Origin: Psammoneis japonica
Taxonomy: Eukaryota
Length of the DNA: 64,000 nucleotides
Assembly (NCBI GenBank): GCA_008632985.1
Contig: QPGO01000054.1
Location: forward strand, 62,001 to 126,000
Direction: 5' to 3'
The notes under the pieces are model-generated. The model saw only the letters and a program-made list of their open reading frames with translations, was not told where the DNA came from and made no database searches. Made by a program: the position numbers and the translations under genes. Shown here piece by piece: positions 13,051 to 26,000 of the stretch (position 1 is its first letter; every line of letters begins with the position of its first letter).

Positions 13051-13337
13051 TTGCTTTTGTTACGAGAATACGAATAAAAATATTAGAGCACTGCATGTTT
13101 TTCACACTAAGACTCAATCATCGAATTGACTTCTGGCACCTCGTCAATTATGAGTCGAAAATTCCATACCGGTAGCAGACGACAGAAGCCTCATTGCAAA
13201 ACGAAAATATCACAACGTACGATTATTTTCATAAATGAGTGTGTGCTAAAAATGATTTGTACTTTTGCTTCAAGACCCCAAGGAGACCAAACACTGTGTA
13301 CATCGCCTTCCGCACTGTACGTGTCGCGTCAACTTTC

Positions 13338-14654
13338 CTAAGCCCCATTACCAAGAGAGTCGGCGCTGAGAGCGGTGGGCGAATCGGATACAGGCATCCC
13401 GGTACCAACCAACCCAGTCGTTGGTTTCGGGATAGAGTTGGGAGGCGGCGCTTCCACAGCAATATCACCCACGGGTGGTGGGGTAACATTCGTCATGGGC
13501 GACATATTAGTCATGGCAGCGGCTGCAGCAGCGACATTTTGCTGCTGCTGCTGCAACTGCTGGTCTGCAGCAGGTCCACCAGAAGCCTGTAAGGCAGCCA
13601 AATCTTGATCTCCCAGCATTTCCCAGAGATTGTTCAGCATGATGGAGCTCGCGCCACTTTCGGTCGAAAGTCCACGAGTCATACTCAAAGACAAGCCCCG
13701 AAGAGAATCAAAACGACCGGGGGGAATATTGATAGCTCCGGGTAGAGCCTGCTGAGTTGGAAGCTGTTTTTGCTTTGGGTGGGGTGGTAGCGTCGGAGGT
13801 GCCATGGCCTGCTGCTGCCCAGAAGAAGTTTGACGGTTTGGTACCGCCGCAGCATTCTTGTCAAAAGGAAGAGGATTCCACGGTTCTTGTGCGGCGGGTG
13901 CCATTGCCTGCGCCGAAGCAGTACTTGGTGTACGGGAAGGTTGCGTAACCGCGGCCTGCTGCATTTGAATCTGTTGATTCTGCTGCATCGCAAGCATCAT
14001 TTGCTCCATCTTGCCCAGCATGTCGAGCTCCAATCGCCTACTACGCTCCTCAAACTGCGCCTTCATGTTCTCCATTTCCTTTTCCATATCTTCCACCTTC
14101 TTTTTGAGGCTCTGAAGTTCCCTCTGATGTTCTTCATTGACGTTGTTGCCGCCCCCGCGCGTGGTCCTCTGAATCTGAGACAGCAAGTCACACCGTCCTC
14201 TCTTGAATTTCTCGTTGTAAAACGTCACGTGCTTGGCCGTATCAATGTTGAAGTCAGCGTTCCGAATAGGCTTGCTCTGCATCTTGCGAAAGCCGTAAAA
14301 ATTCAACTGACGAGCAAAGGAGGAGAACTTATTATGATCAAAATACTGAGGAATGATCGTCTTGGCAAACACATCGGGATCCTTCACCACAAACATATCG
14401 CCATCTGCAGTCCACGATGCAATCGCGGGATCACAAGTATCAATCATCTTGTATGTCTTTTTCAGGAAGATAGGAACCGTCTGCGCCTTTTTGCATTGGC
14501 TCGATTTTTCTTTTCTCTCCTCTGCCTCTTTGGGGGTGTTATTTGTCTGTGTTGACACGTTGCCTCCGCTTCTCATGCGACGGCGCTTGGTCGTTAACAT
14601 ATTGGCAAAGTTAAGCTTGCCATCGGGTGACGTCTCTGACATTACCATGCTCAT
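13338..14654 (-). CDS. Heat shock factor (HSF) family transcription factor
   Basis: HSF DNA-binding domain PIFLKKTYKMID...IIPQYFDHNKFSSFARQLNFYGFRK, then coiled coil and Gln-rich tail. Confidence 0.95.
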   Translation of the reverse strand: MSMVMSETSPDGKLNFANMLTTKRRRMRSGGNVSTQTNNTPKEAEERKEKSSQCKKAQTVPIFLKKTYKMIDTCDPAIASWTADGDMFVVKDPDVFAKTIIPQYFDHNKFSSFARQLNFYGFRKMQSKPIRNADFNIDTAKHVTFYNEKFKRGRCDLLSQIQRTTRGGGNNVNEEHQRELQSLKKKVEDMEKEMENMKAQFEERSRRLELDMLGKMEQMMLAMQQNQQIQMQQAAVTQPSRTPSTASAQAMAPAAQEPWNPLPFDKNAAAVPNRQTSSGQQQAMAPPTLPPHPKQKQLPTQQALPGAINIPPGRFDSLRGLSLSMTRGLSTESGASSIMLNNLWEMLGDQDLAALQASGGPAADQQLQQQQQNVAAAAAAMTNMSPMTNVTPPPVGDIAVEAPPPNSIPKPTTGLVGTGMPVSDSPTALSADSLGNGA

Positions 14655-15198
14655 AATTTCAGTAGTAGATAGATGAATGGACACTGTAGTTGGATATAAC
14701 AGAACAACAACAACACGCTCTTTCAAGCTGTGTGCTGTGCCGACATCAACATTTTGACGGCTTCCAGAACACCCTTCTTTAGTGTTCCAACGAGGCATCG
14801 AACGAAATTTTTGTACGCGACCTTCTGACGACGTGTTCAGTACAAATCCTACCGGTACAGCACGCGCGTGCCAGCATCAAACACTTCCTGAGCAGAATTT
14901 TGAAAAAACGAGACAAGCTCAGCAGCCTGTATTCAATAACATGTTTTGTCACTTAAATAAAGTATCCATGCATGAGGAACGAAGAAAATCTGCGTAAAAC
15001 TCAGCTCACTTTTTGATACGTTTTCTCTCTCACTACCGTACCGCATTTCCGCCTAAAACCTGATCACGACGCTACACCTAACGCGTTCTGTCTCTCTTTA
15101 TCAATAAAACATATAACCCATAAATTCGATTGACCAAAGCACAAGGCAGCATAGACCGTCGATATTACAATTGTGCTGTGCTTTTGCTGCCCCTGCTG

Positions 15199-15723
15199 AT
15201 GGAGAGTCTAGGCCATTATTTCGCTCTGACCATGTACTTTGTAAAAGAGAGATTCGACATACTGACGACAACGTCGATCGTTGTATCCATTGTCAGTGTT
15301 TATGCACTTTGCCACATCAGAAGATTGGAACAAGATATTGCACAGAAAGAGATTGACTCTTTGAAGGAACGCCTTCAGAACAAGACAAAGGCCATGCTTC
15401 AAATTACACACGAGCTCGAAGAACAAATCAAGCACCAAAGGACCCAAATTGAGCGAAAGAACATGGAATTACAAGCTTGTAAATTGAAAAATGATTCCAA
15501 GCAGAGATTGCATGAACGGGAGATTCGGAAAATCGAGTCCGAGACACATGATTTGAAGGGACGAGTCAAGAGGGCCATCAAGGAGAGGGACAACACAATT
15601 GCAAGGCAACGACGTGAACTCGAAGAACTCAAAGTGTCCAGCCGAGTATCGCGGTTCAAGTGCTTGGCTGAAATTGATGCCTTGAAAGAATCAACCACCG
15701 GAAACATCACTAATGAGAATTAG
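15199..15723 (+). CDS. Hypothetical TM plus coiled-coil protein
   Basis: Open frame with TM SIVVSIVSVYALC followed by a charged heptad region. Confidence 0.55.
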   Translation: MESLGHYFALTMYFVKERFDILTTTSIVVSIVSVYALCHIRRLEQDIAQKEIDSLKERLQNKTKAMLQITHELEEQIKHQRTQIERKNMELQACKLKNDSKQRLHEREIRKIESETHDLKGRVKRAIKERDNTIARQRRELEELKVSSRVSRFKCLAEIDALKESTTGNITNEN

Positions 15724-16841
15724 TTACTCTCTATTCTATATCCATTGCGGCAAATCGACTTTAATAGACATGAAGCTTCTGGGATTAAAAGATAAAATAA
15801 TCGAAATTAAAGCAAAGGACTTGACATCATCATCAAACAAAACTCAAGAGAGATGGATGGAATGGCAGAGGTGAGGAGGCTCAGTGACGGTTTTTTGAAT
15901 ACATAGTAATGACTGTGTACTGTGTAGTGTTCAAAGCATCTTTCGTATTCCTGTTTCCTTAGGCCAAGGTTCAAATCGATGCTGTTACTAACGTATTGCA
16001 GCCTAGCGTATTTGCCGGAACTCTCGTTTGGGAATTTTCATTCAGTCCGTTGACGTACGCATGTGCTTGCGTCCACGCTTTTTCTCTGACGAAGCATCAA
16101 AAGTCTTCATCTAAATTGCGATGTAACAGAAGCTACACGAGGGGTCGGTGCTCAAGTCACAGGAGTGCACATAATGTTCGAGATATCATTGTAAGCTGAC
16201 TGCCCCCCGCTTGGTAGGCACTCGTGGCCCGTGACATCAACGACGGGAGGACTGCCATCAAAGCTCCGACGGCATGGATGCATCAAGAGGGAATTGCTGC
16301 TTTGGAAGGAGTATGCTTGACGATTACCTACCCGCAGTCTTCAATAGTCTCTCTAACTTCCATTCTCAGCTTCCGCTTCTTGTCCCTCCAACTCGCACGC
16401 CTATATCTCTTTTGCAGTGTTCTTCTCAATCTCCTTTCTCTTCGCGCTTTCTTGGTCCAGCTTTGTAAGTTGTATATCTTGCTCACTCTCTACCTCCACG
16501 ATTTTCACCTCTAGTGCTATTTTCTTTATCTTCCGCTCATCTGTGAGTTCGTCAAGTTTCGCCTCCTCCTTCTTCTCCTTGATGAGCTGAAATTGTTCGA
16601 TTTATTTGCTCTTTGGCATCTACACCATGTTGACTAGGAGACTTCTGCTTGGCCTCGTTGTTTTCGTCAAAGTTGTCCCAGTTCGATCTTGTATGCACTA
16701 CAGGTCTGACTAGACGCAAGCGAATCATTATTTTTATGGCAGAATGAGCAGTAGCATCAGTCTGGAAGGAGCCCTTATACACCTGGAAACAGAATCAAAA
16801 CAGGAACTTTTAACATCTCCGATAGCCCCACTTCGCACGCA

Positions 16842-18352
16842 TTATACGGAATCGACCATTTCGAGATCCATGACTTTCGAGCCCCTCTCATCTTTTTGCG
16901 GAAGATCGCTATCCGACAGACCCCGTTCCTGTCGCGACTCACGAACCTCCTCCACATGACGATTCAAGTGGTTTTTGTAAGCATCGTATCGAATCTGTGC
17001 CTCCACCAATACCGCCTCTCGAAAGGCATTTACATGTGTTTCGTCTGCCTTCTTGCTAAAGGCACGCTCCTTCATTGCCTTGTCCACGGCATCTTGTGGA
17101 GACGGAGGCGCCGTGCATAAATCACTCACGGGGCTAACCTTCATGCCAGAAGGAAGCATGCGAGGAGGATAGACAAAGTGCGGACCAAAGTTAACCCGAA
17201 CACTGCCACCCATGTACGCCGAAATTGCAGGATAGTATGTCCCGTCCTGAATGTCTTCAAAGGCAGCGCCGCCTTCTCGCTTTCCCTTGGATATGACAAA
17301 GTGTCCCATGGCTTCGCCGTTTCGAAAGAAGCGAATGTGGTTGTTCCACGTACCCTTCTTTGGCGTTGCTGTCTCATCCTTGTTTCGATCATGACCAACA
17401 AGAGAAATGGCGAAGCCAACCACATCACCTGGCCCAAAGGCTTCGCCTCCCCACCGATCTTCACGCTTTGAGTTGTGACAACGAGATCCCATGATATCAC
17501 GCAATCCATACGACCACTTGTCGTATCCTACAGGTGCCTGAAGATCCCCGGTACGCATCGACCATCCAATCCTGACGTGTCCACCAACCGAAGGTGGCGG
17601 TGGATGCTGCTCCTCTAGCTTTCTCTTTTTGGATCTACCCTTGTTCTCTCCCTCATCTGCGTCTTTCTTCGTATCCTTTCTCCCTGCTCTTCTCGCAAGA
17701 GTTGCTCTTGAAGCTGCTTTTGAAACTTGGGTCCCAGTCTCACATTGGATGGCAAACTCGCTACGAGTTCCTTTGCTGTAGGCGACGGTAAAATCAAAAC
17801 CTCATAATAATACGTTCCCTCCGTGACTCCGTGCGTAGCTCGTGACATGCGATATCCTCTCATACCACCACGAAGAGTCAAACGCCGTCCCACAGAACCG
17901 TCTTCAATCTTGAGCTGTGTCGCCGAGTCTCGGTTGGACAAGTGCACATAGGGAGGAGCGTCGTTGACGGCTCGGGTGGCTGCCTGACGCACCTGATCCA
18001 ACGAGGGCATGGTGGTGGCTGTTGCCGGTACTCCTCCACTCGTCGTAGTCAAGAGCGTGTACAGACCCGTCAAACCACATAACTGTGCGACTTGAGCCCC
18101 AGCTGCTGCTGATGCGGCTGATACGGCGGCGGCTTGAGCAGCAGCAGCCGTAGCGTCGGCAACGGCAGTCTCTGAAGCCGTTGATTTCGTCGTGGTGGGA
18201 GATGCAGATCGTCCGCGCTTTCGACTCGAACGACCACTCGGAACAGAAGTTTCTGCTAGCTCTTCTTCTGTAGCAGTGGGTTCTATTTTCATTTCCTCTG
18301 TCGCCTCAGCTTGAGCGACAGCAGCACTGGCTGCTTCTCCTTCGTCCGCCAT
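16842..18352 (-). CDS. ASH2L/Bre2-like SPRY-domain COMPASS subunit; frameshift near 17600
   Basis: GGMRGYRMSRATHGVTEGTYYYEV; HVRIGWSMRTGDLQAPVGYDKWSYGLRD; FGPGDVVG; YYPAISAYMGGSVRVNFGPHF. Confidence 0.88.
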
Positions 18353-18601
18353 GGTGTGATGCGATGCTTGTGTTGTGCCGCAGCTCATGTGCGGACGGAC
18401 GGATGGACATACGATACAAGATTTTCAGACGACGTCTGTCCTTCCCACCACATACACGTCTTCAACGCGCGCGACAACCGCACATTTCAAAAAAGCCCGC
18501 GAAAACACACTGACTCAAAAATCTGCCAACCTCAACAATCACAATCGAGTTGATGCCATTCTGCGTTTCACTTGTGAATGAATATCGCTCGTGGGTTAAA
18601 G

Positions 18602-20093
18602 ATGAAGGGGAAAAGCTGCATTGCGTTTGTTTTGTTCTTGATAATATCATCCTGTTATGAAGATGTCGAAGGGTTTTCTTCGGTCGTTGGTCCAACGAGA
18701 ATCAGACGGCATTTATTGCGACTGCATGCCGACGACACCGACAGCAGCAACTCGGGTGAGGAGCATGGCGGCAGAGATGGACTTTCGAGAAGAGACGCCA
18801 TTGGTCTTGGTGTAACCGGCATAGTTTCTGTACTGGGAGGGAGTCAGCAAGCTTCTGCCTTTCCGTTTGGCGACAAGGACTCCCCATACAAACCCGCAAC
18901 TCGGCCCATGGCATATCGCGTGGACTCCACCAAGCCACCGACACTGCTTCCTCTCAATGCGAGAAAAGAAATTGCAGCTCTCAAGGGTATCGGACGTGGA
19001 CTGGGTACCAGTAAGGATCCTGTTATTGACGATCGAATCAATCTAAACAACGTGCTCAACAAGGCGGTTTACGGAACAATTGACGCGGTCAACTCTGTCG
19101 TTGCGCCAAAGGGCGATGAATCTAAATCAGGACCGGGGTATGCGTCGTTTGTATGCATGGGAGTCCCCAAAGACATTAGCAGTGAGGATATTGACTTGAC
19201 TCTTAGTCTGTTGAATGAAATTGCAAAGGCACGTAGCACCAGCGATGACATGGCCTTGGGTTTGTCGTTTGCACCCCTCAGCACACAGAGTGCGCTCGAC
19301 AGCTACATTCAAAACGGCAATGAACAAACCCTCACGGAAGCAATGACGAAATCGTCCGTGTCAGAATCAACTCTACAGCTATACTTGCCCTTGATGAGAT
19401 TTGCTCAATCTCGCAACGTTGCCCTCTTGGCGTTGGCGCCCGAAGCCGAGGATATTGAGACGGTTCGCAGTCAGGGACTTCAAAATGTCAATGTCGATCG
19501 CCGTGCCAACTACGTTGCAGACTCGGAAGGCTTTATAAGTTTGACGCAGGACCCGAAATTCAAACTGTACGCGGATCGATCTCTCTTGAAGGATTTTAAC
19601 CCCGATGCATCGTCCAAACAGGATAATCAGGGTAATTTCTTTGCGGAACGAATCCTGGTGCACGAGACTGCCGCCACGGCTGCGGCTCGCTATGCCGCCG
19701 CCAAGCCCGAATCGTTAGTAGCCATGGTTGTTCCGACTCCTGACGTTCGGTTCCTTGGTGGTATCAATGGAAGAATTCCTCGTCTTTGTCAATTCTTTAA
19801 TCCAGAGACAAACAAGGTGAACGAAGAAGCAGTTACAACGATACTCTTAAACCCGACAGCCAAGGTACGTCAAGTCTGTGTATGTGTTCTAAGATTGTAG
19901 AGTCTTGTGTTTTAGCTTAATTGCTGTCTGTGGTTTCTGCTGAATGCGACAGGAGACTTTGTCGTTGAGTCGATACCTACGGCTTGAAATCGGAACAGCG
20001 CCAGACACTTGGCAATATCAAAGCAAAGTTGCAGACTATCTTTGGTTTTCGAAAATGCCAAAAGTTAACACGATCCCACGGCTTATGAATTAG
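18602..20093 (+). CDS. Plastid/thylakoid-lumen-targeted protein, probably ChaN/DUF399-like; intron about 19865-19953
   Basis: Signal peptide ending VEG|FSS, twin-Arg SRRDAIGLG...ASA lumen signal, LYLPLMRFAQ and FFAERILVHET; GT-AG intron; last exon ends VADYLWFS...RLMN*. Confidence 0.7.
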
Positions 20094-20955
20094 CTATTAC
20101 TCTAGTAGAGAGCATTTCCTTTTCACTGTGGTCACGTGCGCCTGCAGCAAAGTAGCAGCTCGCTTGTGGTTGGACAAAGCACTCGCTTCTCCCAACCCAG
20201 AGCTGGACAGTAGTGCCAAAGGTAGGAAAGGTCGGAGCATTGTCTTTGCTTTTCAAAGCAATGATGGGAGAAGACACAAGAACTTTTCTGGCGCGACCGA
20301 CATCTCTCTAGATCTCTGGAGTGTACTCCCTAGACGGTATCCTCCTCCCACCACGTCGTACATTGACCATACCAAGGTGTCTTAGTCCTTATCGGTACAC
20401 TTTCGCTTTCATAGCGGTGTCCTGTGACGAGATGCATCGGAAGCCTCCTTGAAAAGTTCCCGGAAGAGCTTCTCAAGAAGATCACCAAGGCGCAGCGCTG
20501 TGGTGTGAACGGGCGTCTTATAAAACTCGGCCAAAGTCGTCCGTGACGATACTACTGGGATGTATCTTGGAGCGTCCGACTTTAGGGAAGATTATTGGTT
20601 TCAGTTCAATCGCGTTCGTGCTTGTGTGAAACCGGCAAACTACTCAATTTTCAGGGAGAAGAAGCCGAGTTGTCATCCCAATGAAGGCAGCAGAGTGAAG
20701 AACATATTCGTAAATGAGCATAATGTGGCTGGATGGAATGATCTTGTCAATTCTTGGTCAATTGTATTCTTTCTGATCAAGCCCCTCCTGCACTCAAACG
20801 CGACCTTGCTAATCTTGCCCTTTTAGAACTCAATCATGATCATACGGACCTCAACCACTGCCATGTTCTCTTGATGCTAGATAGTTGCTTTCCTTCATCA
20901 CAACTGCAAGCCCGTCTTCTTGGGTATAAATCACATTGAACATCCTATCAGCTAA

Positions 20956-21764
20956 TCAAAGAATCCCAGAGAAGCAGTCCATGTTGACATCAATTTTCCC
21001 GCCGGATGCTACAAGAGAGTCTACCAGGGTTTCCTGATCTTCAACCAAAAGAAAGAAGTCATCTCTTTGCTCATCGCGGCTCTTTTTCATTTCTTCGATG
21101 AGGGTTTTGGCATGATTCGGCCTACAAACAAACGGATATGCACCTGGAAAGCCCGGGTCAAAAATGCAACATCCCACCAGCTCGTTCTTATCAGAGCTGC
21201 GTAACTGCAGCGGTATCCGGTTACCAAGCTCCCGAGCCTCCAAAAATACTCCAGGGAACAGTCCTAACGAAGATTCGATTTCTGCTTCTTCCTCTGGCAT
21301 CACGGGTCTACACTCTGTCAGCCCTTCTGATGATGACAGCGTGCTCAAAATGTCCCATGTCAAATGTACTTCTGCTGCACCAAAACAGCGCTTCAGTCCA
21401 AACTTATGATACAATGCTACCGCTGCTTTGTTTTCGGGTACCACATGCAATCTCCAGCGACTGCATTGACGTGCCTTGAATTCCTTGACGACTGCATTCA
21501 GCAAGGCTGTGGCCACACCACGCCGCCTGTAACTCGCATCGACCATGAGATATTTCACTTGACCCTCTTCTGACCCAGTCGCTGCCCACCACCAAGTGTA
21601 TCCAATGGTTTTGTCGTCTAATTCCGCCACGAGGCTTGTAGGCATCATCTCCCTTGTCCAGCGCTCCAACCGTGGGGGCGGATTCGGATCGTCGAGCACG
21701 AGCCAAAGAGCCGCAACGTCAGCGTAGTCCTTCTGAGTTGCACTGCGAATGTGAAGCGCCATCA
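20956..21764 (-). CDS. GNAT family N-acetyltransferase, intronless
   Basis: Acetyl-CoA motif LMVDASYRRRGVATALL and LHVVPENKAAVALYHKFG; second domain FDPGFPGAYPF. Confidence 0.9.
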
Positions 21765-22266
21765 TTAGCGAGGTTATTGTCAAAAACGATAAGGAGAACA
21801 TGCATTGGAGAGGGATTTACGTGTCATTCCTCTCGCTTTTGCGTTGTTGTTATTGTTGTTTGTGTTGTTTCTTCTAAAACAGCAGAACCCGGAAACCATT
21901 CTCACAACATTATTTTGAACTCGCAACAGCGATGGGGTCACAACAATCGCAAATGAAACAAACAGATCTTCAAACGCTGTGGGACGTGGAGAATGCAGCT
22001 GATTAAGATGGGCCAGTGACCCAAAGGCTCATTGGGCCTGTTGGAGCTCAGACATGAGACGCTCAAAGAGCCGCTCAAGCGGTGTGAAGCACCTTGCAAA
22101 ACCTTTGCAAAAAAGGCTGCCCTCACCTCACCTTGGTCCTGGATGTCAGCAGGCATTCAGCATGCACTCAAAAAAATGCAGAGGCTGGCCCTCACATCAG
22201 AGAGGTAAGAAAGAGTGCATGAAATGCAGGCCACTGTTTGGCACTTTTGCACAGTGAGCACACTCT

Positions 22267-22677
22267 CTAATTCATTCTCATGTGGGCGCCCACCACTGCT
22301 GACTGAAATGCATTTCGCTCATTGGCAGTTGATCTTTTTTGTTTGTTGTTTCCACTTTCTTTTGGCGTGCACATGACTGTGCCCCAGGACCAAATTGTTT
22401 TGTTTTTTGGGTCTTGACTCAAGCACAACAACAGCTGTGACTGCCCGGCATCATTTTGTTCAAATGAAGACAGAGTTTCATTTGATTGTTGCCACACAGA
22501 CATTTTTCCATCAAGGAATTTTTCAAAATCATCATTGAATGTTGGCATGCTCGTTTGTCAGCCAGGGAGGGCAATGTCCAGAGCAAAGTAACCAGAAGAA
22601 AGCCACTTGGTCCATTGCATGAAACAACTTGTGTCACAGTTTTTTTGTCCTTGTTGTGAGACTTCCATTTGAATTTC
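22267..22677 (-). pseudogene. 3' part of a degenerate gene interrupted by the copia element (5' part at 28461 to about 29000)
   Basis: Removing the element joins two copies of an approximately 148-bp coding repeat (KFKWKSHNKDKKTVTQVVSCNGPSGF and KFVRKSHRNDKKTIVAQVTAHNGPSEF). Confidence 0.6.
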
Positions 22678-23010
22678 AGTTGAACCAGCAAATCAATGTC
22701 ACCAAACAGAAATCCCACCAGGCTTTCTGTGCTGCTTGTTGCACTTGCCTTGGTTTCTATGTCAGCTGCAGGTTGCCTGTGGTGCTGCAAAGCTTCTAAA
22801 CTGATGGTGCAAATGAGCACGCACCTGTCAACACTGAATGACAAATCTTGTGAACCAAATGATTCAATCCAAAGAGTGAGAACAAAATGAAAAACAAGGG
22901 TTGGAGATCAATGATGGTTCATTCTTGTTGAAGATCATTGTCATTCTTTACAACATCAGGACTCACCCACACATGTCGGAATTCCCTTTTTGACATCACA
23001 AACAGGATGC
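22678..23010 (-). repeat. 3' LTR of the copia element
   Basis: Aligns to 28117-28460 (tgtgctgcttgttgcacttgc, ggttgcctgtggtgc, ctgaatgacaaat, gatcaatgatggt); preceded on the minus strand by the purine-rich gacaggagtg. Confidence 0.85.
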
Positions 23011-26000
23011 ACTCCTGTCATCCTTTTGATTCTTAATTGCCTGTGATGGCTTGCTTAAACTTTCAGAACTTCTTGCCCTGCAACGGCTTTGTCATGAAGT
23101 CTCCAAACATGCCATCAGTTGGACAACACTGTGCTCTCAGGTTGCCCTTCTTTGCTTGATCAGCAATGAAGAAATGCCAAATGTTGAGTGTCCCAGACTG
23201 TTTCCCAGCACTCTTGCACCCATCAGTTGCCAGCAGTGTGGCACTTTTGTTGTCCTGACATGGGACATTCTTGTCAATTGGACAACCCTGGTGTTCCACA
23301 AACAACTTGCTCCTGAACTCCAGCTGGCTCAGCTTCTGTGCTGCTTTGGGCATTGAGCTCCTGTTGTTTGAACATTGTCTGTGCCCCTCCATCACCCATG
23401 GTCACAACTCCCCCTGTGCAGCTTTTAAAGTCCAGGTTCACCGCAAATGATGTGTCCACATGCCACTTGACAACTTGGAGGTCCTTTGCACTTAAAAAGT
23501 GGCAACTTCATTCCTTGTCCAGTTCAAACATTTGACACAACAGACTGGTTTCCCCCAATCCTTGTTGGTGAGTTCACTCACTTGCAATTGTGCTGCAGCA
23601 GCAGTTGGGTGCACATCTGTGTGGCCTCTCTTGGAAACAAACAGTCACTTGGCCACCCCTCTGTGGAAGGGTTGTGCTTTCTTCTTGGTCAGCAGTTGCA
23701 TGCTGCCAGTGTCAAACAGGTTCTCTGCAGCTGGCATCGTGGCAACATCCACACTCTTGATCTTCTCTGGGAACTTGTTGATCATCTTCTTGACACAGCC
23801 ACTCATGTCAACCTTCATTTTGCCCTTTGCACTGAAATCCAGGGTCATCCCCAGGCAGTTGTGCCTCTTTCCTTGAACAACAATGACCTCATTGTGGCTT
23901 CTGCACATCTTGTTGAGCCAGCTCAAGAATTTGTCATTGACCTTTGGGTTCCTGTGGCTTGACAACAGGTTGTCCACATGGAAATGAATCATGTGCTGTT
24001 TTCCATTGACATTTCCATTGGCAATGCAAGGATCACACAGGTTGAACTTAAGCCCAATTTTCTCCAAGTCTTTGCAGAATTGCTTGCACCACAGCAGAGC
24101 CATGACTGACATGCCACATGAGTCCCATGCAGCCCTGATGACTTGGACATGAAGGATGACTCTCTTCCCTTCTCCAGCCAGGACCACACATGGTCCATGT
24201 GGGTTGAAATCAATGCTCACAAGCATGTCAACCAACACTCCTGCAATCTTCATCATGATCTGGTCTTTGCCCTCCTTGGCAGGCTTTGGGATCAAAGTCT
24301 GCACAAATGTGTTGGGTGCATCAGTGTGCTCATTGTGTCATGCCCTTCTGCACCAGCATCAACGTAGGCTGTTGTTGGTGTTCCCTCTGGTTGTGACACC
24401 ATTGGGCTGGCTCAGTTGTCTTTGTCCAGCCATTGTCTTGTTGGTTTCTCATTGTGAACCTTTTGACCTCTTCTGCGACCATCTTGCTTCTCCACAAGGA
24501 ACACAAGAGCTGCCACAGCCCTTTTCCTCTCAGTCAGATTCACATCTTTAACTGACATTGGTGCAAAGCACACACTCTGTCATGGAATTGTCCAATCTCT
24601 TTTTCTGAGGCATCATGCCCTTTCTGGCCAAATGCTTTTGGACCTTTGTGCAGCAAATGCTTCTGGGCAAAGGAAACACCCTTTCCTGATTGGAGCTGGT
24701 CATTGATCTTGCACATGAACTGTGCCATTGTCATTTCCACATTTGAGTTGTGTTCCATGTCCTTTGGGTTTGGACTCATGTTTGTTCACAAATGGTGGCA
24801 GCACTCAAGTTCACTCCATTTACACTCCTCTTCAGTGGTGTTTGCCACTCCTGCAAACCAAACCTTTTTCTTCTTGTTGTTTGCCTGCAGGTGTGCTGGT
24901 GTGCCACAGCATTGCCAGAGGATCTGCCACTTCTGGTCCTCTTGGGTTCATCTTCTGATTTGTCTTCATCTTGGGAATCACCATGTCTTGCAACTCATCA
25001 CTGTCCTTTTTTGCTTCAGTGTCATCATCATCATGACAATTGCTTTTGGCTTTTGTGCTCTCATGCTCCTGTTGATTGGGTCTGGACCTTCCATTTGTGA
25101 GAATCTCACTCACTTCCTCACATTCATTGTCTGGGTTTTCTTCTTCATGATCTTAGTCATCAGAGTTTTGTCCTCATTTTCTTCCTCACTGTTGTTGCTG
25201 TCACTGTCATTGCCCATGTTGTCTGCTCCTGCAGTCCAATCAGCATTGCACATGTTGTCTCCACATTTGCCTGTAGATTTAAAATCTTTGATGCCTTGTT
25301 TGGTGATGCCATCTTCTTGACCACTTGTGCATGTGTGTTGGCAAGGGGTGCAGCAGTGCACTTGCAAGGGCTCAGGAGTTTCTTCATGTGCAGGTTTGTG
25401 GCGCAGCATCTGCTCTTTGGATTGTCAAAGTGTGGTTGCAGATGAACACTGACAGTGCCTCATGTGTCCATTGTGTTCATTGGATCTTTCCAGGCATGAG
25501 ACAGGACAAGAAATTCTCCAAAGGAAAACCAAAAGTGTTTGTTGCAGTTGAGGTTTCTGCATTGTGTGGTGGTGTGTGGGCTGTTTGAGTGTCAGCAATT
25601 TCTTCCTTTTGTAAGTGCATGTCAGTCATGACAGTGTTCTTGATTGCAGCATGCTTGTTGCACATTAACTTGGGTGATGCCTTGTGTGGTGGGTGGTGTG
25701 CAGTGGCTTGAATTTGCTCCTTGATGGTTTTGATGCTCTGCTCAACTTTCAAGCACAGTCCTTGGCATTTGTGCCAAAACATGGCCCTTGGTGTTTGCAG
25801 AAATCAACTCCAGATTCATGCCATCAGCAACTCTTCCCACAGCACCTCCTTTAACTTGGAATTGCACTCAACAAAATTGATCTTGAACAAAGCCATGTTG
25901 TGCTGTCACAAAATTGCATCCAGGGCACAGCACACATTGTCGTGCCACTTGGACTTCAGTTTCATGCTTGATTGGCATTTGACCGTCCAAGCAATCATGC

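Noticed and set aside
16200..16780. Minus-strand charged coiled-coil gene
   Set aside because: Protein-like patches exist but are interrupted by stops and have no recognisable motif; cannot be supported.
22550..22677. This repeat and 28490-28610 as the element's LTRs
   Set aside because: They lie outside the TGTT...AACA termini and the ATTTC TSD, so they belong to the target sequence.
23960..23990. RT motif HVD(D/N) as a Y>H example
   Set aside because: As I recall, HVDD is native in many diatom copia RTs, so only the D>N change is informative.
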